64,000 nt of DNA from Longimicrobiales bacterium. Lineage in GTDB: Bacteria > Gemmatimonadota > Gemmatimonadetes > Longimicrobiales > Gaopeijiaceae. Every line of letters begins with the position of its first letter. Positions within the stretch are counted from its first letter, which is position 1. Shown piece after piece: positions 48,270-57,298 of the stretch. Both the position numbers and the translations under genes were made by a program. The notes under the pieces are model-generated. The model did not search any database. It saw nothing but the letters and a program-made list of their open reading frames with translations, and was not told the DNA's origin. The stretch lies in the NCBI GenBank assembly GCA_965249725.1, contig CBDFMQ010000002.1, positions 2,496,001-2,560,000 of the forward strand. The letters run 5' to 3'.

Positions 48270-49862
48270 TTGGCCAGCATCGCACTAGCAGAAACCCAAC
48301 CCGACGTTCTGAAAGCCCTGAGATCTCTCGGTGGCCGCGGTACCGTGGGCGACGTCGTCTCGAACGCCGGACTCCCCCGCGACCAGGTGGAAACCACGCT
48401 CAAGGGCCTTCTCGAGACCCACGAAGGGCACCTCGAAGTCTCGGACTCGGGGGAGCTGGTCTACCTGTTCGACAAGAAGCTGATCCGACGCGATCGCGTC
48501 TCGACGATCGAACGCCTCAAGGCGACCGCCCGGACCTTCCTGACCGGTGCGTTCAAGGCGTGGATCGTCACGATGCTCGTGGTCTACTTCGTGGTGTTCG
48601 TCGCCTTGGTCGTCGCGGCCTTGGTGGCGATGGCGTCGCGTGGCGGAGACCGGAGGAGTGGAGGAGGCAGTTGGGGACGAGGCGGCGGTCGGCACAGCGG
48701 TCACTTTCACTTTCCGAGCTTCTGGCTCTGGTACTACATCTGGACCCCGCGCTGGCGGCTGGGCCGCCCGTACTACGGTCACCGCTGGGAGAGGACCCTC
48801 GAGAAGGACAACCGCCCGCCCTTCTACAAGAAGGTCTTCGCGTTCGTCTTCGGTCCCGACCGGCCGAGGCCGACGCAGAAGCAGCTCGACCGATCCACCC
48901 TCCGCCTGATTCGGGCGCGAAGGGGCGTGCTGACCACGGCCGAACTCATGGAGCACAACGCCCTCCCCCGCCCCGAGGCCGAGGACGAGATGGGTCGACT
49001 GCTCGGATCGTACGCGGGGGAGCCGACCGTCTCACCGGACGGAGAGCTGGTGTACGCGTTCCCGGAGCTGATGGTGAGCGCCCACGGGCCTGTCACCGCC
49101 AAGGAGCCCAACCCGGCCTGGCTCCGCATGGAGTACCCGCTCGAACTCACGGGCAATGAGAAGAAGCACGATGCGCTGATCGCCGGGATGAACGGATTCA
49201 CGCTGGTGGCCGGAGCCACGGCACCCTGGTTCATATTCCCGCAGCTCGGCATCTCCGGGCCTGCCGCGTTCGTCGGGCTCGTGTTGGTGCCCGTGGTGTT
49301 CAGCGTGCTCTTCTTCGGTGTGCCCCTGCTGCGCATGATGGGAGTGCGACGCGAGAACAAGGCACGCAAGGCCCGCAATGTGAGACGCCTGGTCCTGGGG
49401 CTGGTCTACCGAGAGGCTCTCGCCGGACGTGGAGCCGTGACGGTGGAAGCGGCCGCCGGCTACGTGCGGAACCGCCTGAAGGACCAGGCGGTCGATGATG
49501 TCGAAGTCGAGGCAGCCCTCCACTCCATCGCCGCCGAGTTCAATGCCGACGTCACCTCGGGAGCCGACGGGTCCTTGGTGTTCACGTTGCCTGCGATCCG
49601 GCGAGAGTTCGTGGCGAGTGAGATGGTACGTCAGGGCCTCGCACTGGAAAACCGCAAACTGGGCGACATCGTGTATTCGAGCGCCGACTCGTCCGTGGAG
49701 GCCTCCAAACGAGACCTGGACGAATTCGACCGGCAACTCGCCGGCGCGGAGATGGACCTGAGCGGTTATCTGCCGTCGCCAGACCGGGCGGGCTTCGAGG
49801 ACGACTACGAGATCGTAGCGTTCGATGAGGAGCTGCGGGGCAAAAGCATCAAGCGGGGCTAG
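48270..49862 (+). CDS. Conserved membrane protein resembling the plastid/cyanobacterial At5g03900 family
   Basis: RGTVGDVVSNAGL...EGHLEVSDSGELVYLF, TM, VFAFVFGP, RGVLTTAEL, GEPTVSPDGELVYAFPEL. Confidence 0.65.
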   Translation: MASIALAETQPDVLKALRSLGGRGTVGDVVSNAGLPRDQVETTLKGLLETHEGHLEVSDSGELVYLFDKKLIRRDRVSTIERLKATARTFLTGAFKAWIVTMLVVYFVVFVALVVAALVAMASRGGDRRSGGGSWGRGGGRHSGHFHFPSFWLWYYIWTPRWRLGRPYYGHRWERTLEKDNRPPFYKKVFAFVFGPDRPRPTQKQLDRSTLRLIRARRGVLTTAELMEHNALPRPEAEDEMGRLLGSYAGEPTVSPDGELVYAFPELMVSAHGPVTAKEPNPAWLRMEYPLELTGNEKKHDALIAGMNGFTLVAGATAPWFIFPQLGISGPAAFVGLVLVPVVFSVLFFGVPLLRMMGVRRENKARKARNVRRLVLGLVYREALAGRGAVTVEAAAGYVRNRLKDQAVDDVEVEAALHSIAAEFNADVTSGADGSLVFTLPAIRREFVASEMVRQGLALENRKLGDIVYSSADSSVEASKRDLDEFDRQLAGAEMDLSGYLPSPDRAGFEDDYEIVAFDEELRGKSIKRG

Positions 49863-51378
49863 ACCCAACCTCGACCGACCCGCGGACCCCCGACGCTCGA
49901 CCCCGAAACCCCGAGGACGCTCGAGCCCGAAGCTCCGATTGCGCTCGACTCCGAAACCCCGATGTGGACGATTCAACGGACACTTCCAGGGCCTCGAGCG
50001 CCCGCTTGAACACGTCGGAGGGGATGTCGACCTCGCGCTTGTAACGGGCCGACCCGGTGAAATAGTCGGGCTCGATGCCTCGGGCCCGGTTCTCCTCAAT
50101 GAGCGCCTCGACAGGCTCGGGAGTCAGCGGTGGGGTCGGGGATGGCTGGTCGGGGATCATCCTCATCTTCGGATCGAGGAAGTAGAGCCGCTCCCCCCGA
50201 GGGAAGTGAGCCGTATACCCTTCCTCGTGCACCAACCGATGATGAAACTGGCACAGCAGCACCAGGTTCTCGAGCTTGGTCGCTCCACCGTCGGCCCAGT
50301 GCCTGATGTGATGAGCGTCGGTGAAGCGGAGGCCGCAACCCGGGAATCGGCATCCTCGGTCCCGGGACTCCAGCGCCCGCCTGAGCGCCGGCGGCATCGT
50401 GCGAGTCTTGCGGCCCACGTCAAGAATCGAACCAGCGGGTGACTCGATGAGCCGCACCACGCTGGCGTCGCACGAGAGCCTCCGGGACGTTTCCGCGGAA
50501 ACGCGTGTGCCGTCTTCGAGGTCGGAACGGCCGGGCTCCGTGTCGGATTGCAGCGTGGGCGCCTCGACGTGCAGGACCACTTGGTAGCGTTCGGCCCGGG
50601 TGCCGCTGATGGGGGCTGTGTGGTCGCGTCGATCTTCAGCACGCTCCTGCCCGAACCCGGCCGCCAGCGCTCTCTCCGCCACCAGCCCCACCGCATCTGC
50701 CCGCCGCTGCTTCGGTGTGACGTCCTTTGAGGAACCGGTCAAAGCGTCCTCGCCAGAAGCGCTCTCACGGAACAGCGCGTCACTCGCCGCATCCACAGCC
50801 TGCAGGAGCATCGCTCCCGCCTCCGGATCCAACCGGCCACGCACCACGTACATGCCCTCTTCGTCCGGGAACACTGAAAAGCAGCGCGAGCGATGACGCA
50901 TCCGCTCGAACTCGGCCTCGTCGTGCCGGCTCAGGCTACGCCACGCCCGCACCACCCGCTCCAACTGGGCCGCCGTGCACGAGTGGGCGAGCTCGAGCAG
51001 CTCCCCCTCACTCGCGGGAGTGGCCACGCGCGTGAGCGCCCTCACCTTGGCGAAGGACAGCTCCCCCTGGGCCATGGACGCACCGATCCGAGGAAGCTCC
51101 ACGAGGGCACGCGAGGCTCGCACCCTCTCTCGGGCGGCCCCCAGATCGATCCCGGTGCGGAAGGCGAGCCAGTGGGCGCACGACCTGTGGCCGCCGGGCT
51201 CCCACCCTCTGAGCCGGTCGAACTCAGCGATCAGGGTGAGAAGGCGGTGCTCAGCGGCATGGATGTGCGCGGCGAGTGTAGCGATCTCGTCCCCCAAATC
51301 CTGGAGGTCGTCGAGGTGGTTGTCGGAGCTGGTGGGAGCGTACGGGACATCTGGAACAGTGAGCGTGGCGGGACGCAT
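49849..51378 (-). CDS. DUF222-domain HNH endonuclease (13E12/Rv1128c-like)
   Basis: SCAHWLAFRTG, GELSFAKVRALTRVA, RRLSCDA, LDVGRKTR..PPALRRALESRDRGCRFPGC, DAHHIRHWADGGAT.LENLVLLCQFHH..VHE. Confidence 0.9.
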   Translation of the reverse strand: MRPATLTVPDVPYAPTSSDNHLDDLQDLGDEIATLAAHIHAAEHRLLTLIAEFDRLRGWEPGGHRSCAHWLAFRTGIDLGAARERVRASRALVELPRIGASMAQGELSFAKVRALTRVATPASEGELLELAHSCTAAQLERVVRAWRSLSRHDEAEFERMRHRSRCFSVFPDEEGMYVVRGRLDPEAGAMLLQAVDAASDALFRESASGEDALTGSSKDVTPKQRRADAVGLVAERALAAGFGQERAEDRRDHTAPISGTRAERYQVVLHVEAPTLQSDTEPGRSDLEDGTRVSAETSRRLSCDASVVRLIESPAGSILDVGRKTRTMPPALRRALESRDRGCRFPGCGLRFTDAHHIRHWADGGATKLENLVLLCQFHHRLVHEEGYTAHFPRGERLYFLDPKMRMIPDQPSPTPPLTPEPVEALIEENRARGIEPDYFTGSARYKREVDIPSDVFKRALEALEVSVESSTSGFRSRAQSELRARASSGFRGRASGVRGSVEVGSSPA

Positions 51379-51763
51379 CGGAAACCCCTGATCTGTAATG
51401 GCGGTAACGACTTACAGTGAAATATAAGGGGCATATTTCGGGCCTCTCAGAGGCCCCTGGAGGCGCGAGGAGGGGTGTCGAGGTCAAAGAAGTCGCAACG
51501 ACCGTGGTTGACGGGGCGGCCGGCACGGGGAGGCCGTAGACAAGCCGATTCAGACACACTCCCGGACCTAGCGGACTACGTCTTACGCAAAGCCGTCCAT
51601 AGCTGGATGGGACTACGCGCAGGCGGCGGACTACAGGTAGAGGATGGGTGTGGACTACGCATGGGGGACGGGCGCGGACTACGCGCCGGATGCGGAAAAC
51701 GTACGGAAAACGCGTGGCGGTTGGGACTAAGCAGTGGCAGGGGGGTGCTGGTAAGGGCGTCCG

Positions 51764-52585
51764 TCAGTGGGTCAGAGCGTATAACACGATGTTGATCCCC
51801 AGGGCGTATGACTGGGGCGAGAACTGGAAGAAGAACTGATCGTCCTCGCCCTCGCGTTCCCAACCATCCGCGATGTCCGTGTTGTGGGTCATGACCACGA
51901 TAAGCCGCCCCGCCTTGTCCCGGATGCCGCGAAGGTGTGCCTCCTCGCTGTCGCGACCCTGCTCTGAGGTCCCGGAACGCCCACTCCGACGCCAATACTG
52001 AATGGACGGGACTTGAGGCACCTCGTGGACATCGTAGAGGGCATTCAATAAGAGATGGCCGGCCGGGATGTCGACGATCGGAAACTCGGCGGGCGGGAGC
52101 GCCTTGCCGATCTCGCGCGCCCATGTCGCCCACGCCCGACTGCCCCAGAAGTCGTCTGCCCAGAGGAAGCCCCCCTGCTCCAGGTAGAGGCGCAAGCGCT
52201 CGGCCTCCTCGGGGTCGATGCCGTTGGTACCGACGTCGGACATGAAGACGAAGGGGCATGCGAACAACTCGTCGTCCATGATCTGGACGATGCGGTGATC
52301 CGGCTCTCCGTATTCCGTTTGCCGTATAGGGGTCGTCGTGAGCTGGGAGAGACGCAGCATGAGGTTCCGATCCCCATCCGGATAATCGGTCCTCCAGCCC
52401 TGGCCCAGCGGCTCCCGGCGCACCTGGCGATAGGCTACGCGGCAGAACGTGAACGAGCGCTGATCGAGGTGGAGGGGAGCTTGATGCCTCGATAAAAGGT
52501 CGGACGTACCCCACATCGTCCCCAATATCGTGGCGGTGTAGAGCAGTCCTTTCATAGGCCGAACGTGCCCGGGGGGCCTCTTCAC
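51764..52585 (-). CDS. DUF4159 domain protein
   Basis: FTFCRVAY, WRTDYPDGDRNL, LRLYLEQGGFLWADDFWG, HNTDIADGWERE, LGINIVLYALTH; start 52585 or 52555. Confidence 0.85.
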   Translation of the reverse strand: MKRPPGHVRPMKGLLYTATILGTMWGTSDLLSRHQAPLHLDQRSFTFCRVAYRQVRREPLGQGWRTDYPDGDRNLMLRLSQLTTTPIRQTEYGEPDHRIVQIMDDELFACPFVFMSDVGTNGIDPEEAERLRLYLEQGGFLWADDFWGSRAWATWAREIGKALPPAEFPIVDIPAGHLLLNALYDVHEVPQVPSIQYWRRSGRSGTSEQGRDSEEAHLRGIRDKAGRLIVVMTHNTDIADGWEREGEDDQFFFQFSPQSYALGINIVLYALTH

Positions 52586-52888
52586 TGTCAAACTCCCCTC
52601 CCCTTGAGCGGCGCCCACTTCGCGTGCAGGTTGGTACCAAGACGGCGTTCGAGCGCTCGACGCTAGAGAAGATCGAGCAACTCAAGGCCGTCTACGACAT
52701 GGACTATGGCTCGGAGGCGAGCCACAAGATGGTTGAGGGAGACGGGGAGTAGGCGACCACCCCAGGGCGGTCGCTTGCGGAGGGAGGAGTCGTCACGCAC
52801 GTTAACATCGTTTCTTACCACTCCCCCACGGCCCCGGGTTCGACGTTGTTGCCCCCGCGGATCGGGGACCGTAGCTATGGAGACCGCC

Positions 52889-53299
52889 ATGACCCACGCA
52901 GCGACCCAACCCACAGGCCTGTCTCCGGAAGACAAGGCCGACATCGTCTCGGCCCATCCGGACTTCGAACGATTCCTGTTGACCGGCGACTTCCAATCAC
53001 TCGGCGCCCTCTATACGGCTGACGCCACGCTGTTGCCGCCCGGTCAGCCCGCGGTCCAGGGACAAGCAGCGATCGCCGAGTTTATGAGCGGCTTCCCTCC
53101 ACTCAGCGAATTCAAGCTGCACGTCGACCAGATCGATGGCCGCGAAGATATGGCCTATGTGATCGGCACCTACACGATGACCATGGAGATCGACGGTGAG
53201 TCGGTCCCCGATCAGGGGAAGTACATCGAGATCCGACGTAGGGAGCCCGACGGCCAGTGGGCGATACACGCAGACATCTTCAACTCGAGCCAGGGCTAG
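52889..53299 (+). CDS. NTF2/SnoaL-like (DUF4440) protein
   Basis: GD..SLGALYTADATLLPPG..AVQG, DMAYVIGTY, DQGKYIEI.RR..DGQWAIHADIFNS. Confidence 0.85.
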   Translation: MTHAATQPTGLSPEDKADIVSAHPDFERFLLTGDFQSLGALYTADATLLPPGQPAVQGQAAIAEFMSGFPPLSEFKLHVDQIDGREDMAYVIGTYTMTMEIDGESVPDQGKYIEIRRREPDGQWAIHADIFNSSQG

Positions 53300-53337
53300 T
53301 ACCGGCTCCCGCCATACCGCTAATCCAGGAGGATCCA

Positions 53338-54765
53338 ATGCACCACGTTGCACCCGCACGGTTCGCCGTCTCTATATGTCTCGCTCTCGCAGTGCTCATC
53401 GGACCCGCGACGCATCAGGCCCTCGCTCAGGACGATGAAGCACGCGTCCTGCAGGTAACCACCGAATCGGAGCAGGCCGAGGCCCACTTCTGGGCGGGCG
53501 TCGACGATGTCGAGAACGTGTTCTTGAGCCGATCGGCAATGCACTTCGAGCAGGCGCTGGAACTGGACCCGGATTTCGGCATGGCTCAGTTCATGCACGC
53601 CCGGAGCGCGCCTGGAATGGGCCGTGCGGAGCGCCTCGAGAAGATGGCGGCGGCCATGGCGGTCCTCGCAAACGCATCCGCCGGTGAACTGGCGTTTGCC
53701 TCGGCCATACGGGAGCAATTCGCCGGCAACGCCCGCGAGGCACGGGCGATGTACGCCGCGGCAGCTCGAATCTCTCCCGACGATCCACACGTCGCGTTCC
53801 GCCGCGCGGCCTTTACGGGTGCGGGGGGCTCGGCGGACCGTCTGAGGGCCCTGACGAACGTGCGGGAGGCGCACCCCACCTTCGCCGCCAGCGCGAACAC
53901 TCTGGCATACCTACAGTGGAACATGGGAGACCAGGCCAGAGCCCGGCAGAACGTGGCTCGATACATGGAGCTGGCCGGTTCGCATCCGAACTCGCACGAC
54001 TCGTACGCCGAGCTCTTCCAGTTCAGCGGCATGATCGAGGAAGCCATCGCCCACTACAACATGGCCCTCGAGTTGGACGAGACCTACACCGCAGGGTACA
54101 CGGGACTCGCCGAGGCCTATATGCTGGCGGGCGACGGCGACATGGCTCGCGATGCCCTTGAGCGTGCGGCCCCGCACTCGACTACGAACGGTCTGAACAA
54201 CCTTGGCCGAGCCGTGGCCAACACCTACCTGATGGAAGGTGACACACGCAGGGCCGAAGAAGCGCTCCAGGAGGCGGCACAGAAGCTCGAGGCGATCAAC
54301 AACAATGGCCTGACCGCCCAGGCGCACCGGGAACTGGCGGTGTTGGCGGCGCTCGGTGGCGATGCCGCCATGGCGCACGGGCACCTCGAGAAGGCACTGG
54401 AATTCCAGGATGCGAATGCAGCTCAGCACGCGATGGCCGCGATCACCCACGGCCTGATGGGTCATGCCGGACCGGCCGCCAGGGCCGCCGCCGCCTTCGA
54501 GGAGGCGACGGGGCCCAACAACACGTTCGCCGCCACTCTCACCGGCTACGCGCAGCTCGTCGGTGGAGACGCCGAAGGAGCCCGCCGGTCGCTCGTCAAG
54601 TCGGGCCTCCGCGGTCCCTGGGAGAAGGCCTTCATGGCCCTGACCGAAAAGGCTCTCGGGAACGAAGATGAGGCGGAGCGCTGGGAGCAGGCCGTCTGGG
54701 CCCACAACCAGCACACTGCGTTCAACTTGGGTGTGGCGTTCTCCCGCTTGATCGTATCCGACTAG
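53338..54765 (+). CDS. Exported tetratricopeptide-repeat protein
   Basis: Signal peptide; FEQALELDPDFGMA, NSHDSYAE...EAIAHYNMALELD; AGGAGG RBS. Confidence 0.8.
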   Translation: MHHVAPARFAVSICLALAVLIGPATHQALAQDDEARVLQVTTESEQAEAHFWAGVDDVENVFLSRSAMHFEQALELDPDFGMAQFMHARSAPGMGRAERLEKMAAAMAVLANASAGELAFASAIREQFAGNAREARAMYAAAARISPDDPHVAFRRAAFTGAGGSADRLRALTNVREAHPTFAASANTLAYLQWNMGDQARARQNVARYMELAGSHPNSHDSYAELFQFSGMIEEAIAHYNMALELDETYTAGYTGLAEAYMLAGDGDMARDALERAAPHSTTNGLNNLGRAVANTYLMEGDTRRAEEALQEAAQKLEAINNNGLTAQAHRELAVLAALGGDAAMAHGHLEKALEFQDANAAQHAMAAITHGLMGHAGPAARAAAAFEEATGPNNTFAATLTGYAQLVGGDAEGARRSLVKSGLRGPWEKAFMALTEKALGNEDEAERWEQAVWAHNQHTAFNLGVAFSRLIVSD

Positions 54766-54790
54766 GAGAGAGATCCCCTCAGGAAGGACG

Positions 54791-54826
54791 GAAGGCCCCG
54801 ACCCCTGGCGGGTCGGGGCCTTCTTC
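54791..54826. terminator. Terminator hairpin between convergent genes
   Basis: GAAGGCCCCGACCC-CTGGC-GGGTCGGGGCCTTC-TTC. Confidence 0.75.
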
Positions 54827-54851
54827 ACGATCGCAACGATCGCCGTTCCGC

Positions 54852-57107
54852 TCAGTCCGCGCCGACCGCCGTCTGCAACTGCACCAGCCGCGGCTGGATC
54901 TTCTCCATGTCGTGCTTGCAGACGCCGGCCTTGGTCAGGAGCTTGACCTCGCAGATGTTGCAGCGGACGCACTCCTTGAAGTCAACGTCCGGACCTCTGA
55001 TAGCCCCGGTGGGACAGCTCTGCTCGCAGACCTTGCAGATATCGCACTGCTTGACCCGCGGAATGCGGAAGAACGACACCAGTGAGGCGACGCCGAGAGC
55101 GGCGCCCAACGGGCAGGCGTACCGGCAGTAGAACCTCGGAATCACGACGGAGGCCAGCAGAACGCTGCCGGCGATGCTCCACATGAGCACCGAAGAGCTG
55201 AGGAAGAACACAGTGCCGAACGGCTCGAAGTACCCGTAGATCGAGAGGTCGCTGTTGACCACGGCGGTGACGAGGATGAGCCCGAGGATGCCGTACTTGA
55301 TGTAGATGGCCCGGTCATGGATCTGGCTCGGCACTTTTCGCTGGAAGCGCTTCGGAACCACGCGCTCGATGAAGTCCTGTAGAGCCCCGAACGGACACAG
55401 GAATCCGCAGAACACGCGCCCCCAGAGCAAGGTCGTCACCACGGTGAAGATGATCATGACGAGCATGACCAGGTCGCCGAGGTAGACACGAGGACCACCG
55501 GCGATTCCGCTGGTGATGTGGGAGATCGAAAGAAAGCCTCCGTCGACCCACCCCAGATACACGAGGGTGCCGCCCAGAGCTACCCACCGCGCGGGCACGC
55601 CCTTGAAGATGAAGGCGTTCAGCGCAAGACCGAAGATTATGAGAAGCCCCACAACCCGGCTCCAGCGTGTCTGCGCCAGCATCAGAGAGAAGGCGGACTC
55701 CTCCTCTTCCTCCTCGAAATCGAAATCGAAACCCAACCCGGCCTGGTCGGCCGGCAGGGCCGTGGCGGCGTCCGGCTGCACCGTCACCTCCGGCTGCGGC
55801 GGCACCGCCGCGGCGGTCTCCGCGGGGGCCCCTGCCTCTGCCGTGGTCCCGTTCACGTCGGCTTCGGGGTCGGCGCCATTCGTCCCGTGCGTCTCGCCGG
55901 CAGCGGCGGTAGCCGTGGCCGTGGCGGTGTCGGCATCCGCTGCCGCCGCGGGATTGCCTCCAGATGTGCCACCATCGGGCGAAGCGGCCGCGGTGGTCTG
56001 AGCAGGAGTCTCACCACCCCGTACGAATTCCAACACGTCCGGGGCGATCGTGTACTCGATCGTGAAGGGATCGCCCTGCCCGTCATCGTACTGGATCGTA
56101 AAGGGCTGGCTCAGGTCTACCGCGGGGTCGATCAACAGCATCGCAGCATAGAAGACCTGCTCGGCCATCTTGCCCTCTTCGGGCCTGCCCCAGTACACCA
56201 CCTGATTCCTGGGAAGCGGATAGGACTCCCCACCCTGCAGCACGGTGATGGCCCTGGGCCGGAATCCCGCGATGAAGCTCCCGTCGAGGCCGAGAATCAT
56301 CAGGTGGAAGTCCTCGTACCTCGGACCCACCTTCTCGAGCATGGACGCATAGGAGTCGGCACCCACGACAATGTCGCCGAGCCTCTCGTTGCCCACGTAG
56401 GTGAACGAGAGATCGAGCCCAAGAGCGTTGTAGCGGACGACCTCCATCTTCGCGATGAGACCACTCGAAACCAGCTCGAGCCAACTGAGCTGCTCGATCG
56501 CGTCGGCCGTCAGCCCCTCGCCGCTCGAAGCGGCCACCACCGTGGGTGCGGGTCGACGCAGATAGGCCATCGCCACCCGACGAGCCGAGTTGCGGATACC
56601 CCGGGCCATGGCCCCGGCGGAGATCGTGGCCCCACTAACGCCGTCGAGGTCCCGGTAGATCCTGAACGCATCGGCGACATGCTTTCCGGCGTACTGCGAC
56701 TCGACACCCGGGCCCCTGAGAAAGTCCCCAACCGAGGCCACCAGGGCCTCGTGGTAGTTGATCACCGTGGCCCCGGTGAGGTTGCCGGCCAGGTCGACGC
56801 CGACCAGCACCTGGATGGTCCCGCTGTATCCAAACTCCTCAGGGGGTAGATCGGACGTCAGGAACAGGTAACCGACGAGTACTTGTGAGGTGCCGTTCGG
56901 GTCGTCGGCAAAAGCGTGGTAGACGGGGGGCGATCCGCTCTTCTCCGAGAAGCTCGTGGCCTCGGGCATGACCCCGCGGAGCCTGGCATCGTCGATCTTC
57001 AGGGGAATCTGGGCGTCCGCGCCTCGTGGCAGCATCAGCAGCAGCGCAAATGCTGTAGCTCCGCACAGTCGAAGCGTGAAGCCCTTCCCGGGCATGTTCC
57101 TCGCCAT
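54852..57107 (-). CDS. NosR/NirI-like membrane protein with FMN-binding domain and 4Fe-4S clusters
   Basis: GYSG.I.VLVG, DGVSGATIS flavinylation motif, WGRVFCGFLCPFGALQD, RFYCRYACPLGA, CDICKVCEQSCP, CVRCNICE. Confidence 0.82.
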   Translation of the reverse strand: MARNMPGKGFTLRLCGATAFALLLMLPRGADAQIPLKIDDARLRGVMPEATSFSEKSGSPPVYHAFADDPNGTSQVLVGYLFLTSDLPPEEFGYSGTIQVLVGVDLAGNLTGATVINYHEALVASVGDFLRGPGVESQYAGKHVADAFRIYRDLDGVSGATISAGAMARGIRNSARRVAMAYLRRPAPTVVAASSGEGLTADAIEQLSWLELVSSGLIAKMEVVRYNALGLDLSFTYVGNERLGDIVVGADSYASMLEKVGPRYEDFHLMILGLDGSFIAGFRPRAITVLQGGESYPLPRNQVVYWGRPEEGKMAEQVFYAAMLLIDPAVDLSQPFTIQYDDGQGDPFTIEYTIAPDVLEFVRGGETPAQTTAAASPDGGTSGGNPAAAADADTATATATAAAGETHGTNGADPEADVNGTTAEAGAPAETAAAVPPQPEVTVQPDAATALPADQAGLGFDFDFEEEEEESAFSLMLAQTRWSRVVGLLIIFGLALNAFIFKGVPARWVALGGTLVYLGWVDGGFLSISHITSGIAGGPRVYLGDLVMLVMIIFTVVTTLLWGRVFCGFLCPFGALQDFIERVVPKRFQRKVPSQIHDRAIYIKYGILGLILVTAVVNSDLSIYGYFEPFGTVFFLSSSVLMWSIAGSVLLASVVIPRFYCRYACPLGAALGVASLVSFFRIPRVKQCDICKVCEQSCPTGAIRGPDVDFKECVRCNICEVKLLTKAGVCKHDMEKIQPRLVQLQTAVGAD

Positions 57108-57202
57108 CATTCTCCCCTGACCAATCACCGGCTCGGTAAGCGCGGGCTCATTGAGCTTTGACGCCTTCTCCGGGTATGTCAAGCTTACGCTCTCTCCGCT
57201 GA

Positions 57203-57298
57203 CACAGCTTCTACTACGGCTTCTGCCACCGCTTCTGCCACCGCTTCTACCACCGCTTCTGCCACCGCTTCTGCCACCGCTTCTACCACAGCTTCTCG
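57203..57298. repeat. 12-bp tandem repeat (CACCGCTTCTRC) x8 spanning the DUF885 stop codon
   Basis: Eight consecutive units; the last two carry the gene's EKLW-stop. Confidence 0.92.

Noticed and set aside
49849..51378. HNH protein as an IscB/Cas9-like RNA-guided nuclease
   Set aside because: No RuvC motifs or PLMP N-terminus are seen; the architecture is DUF222 plus a C-terminal HNH.
55518..56849. Long antisense or alternate-frame ORFs (e.g. 443 aa here, 15667-16899, 40795-41988, 4785-5903)
   Set aside because: Shadow ORFs typical of high-GC DNA, overlapping genes with clear family motifs and lacking motifs of their own.
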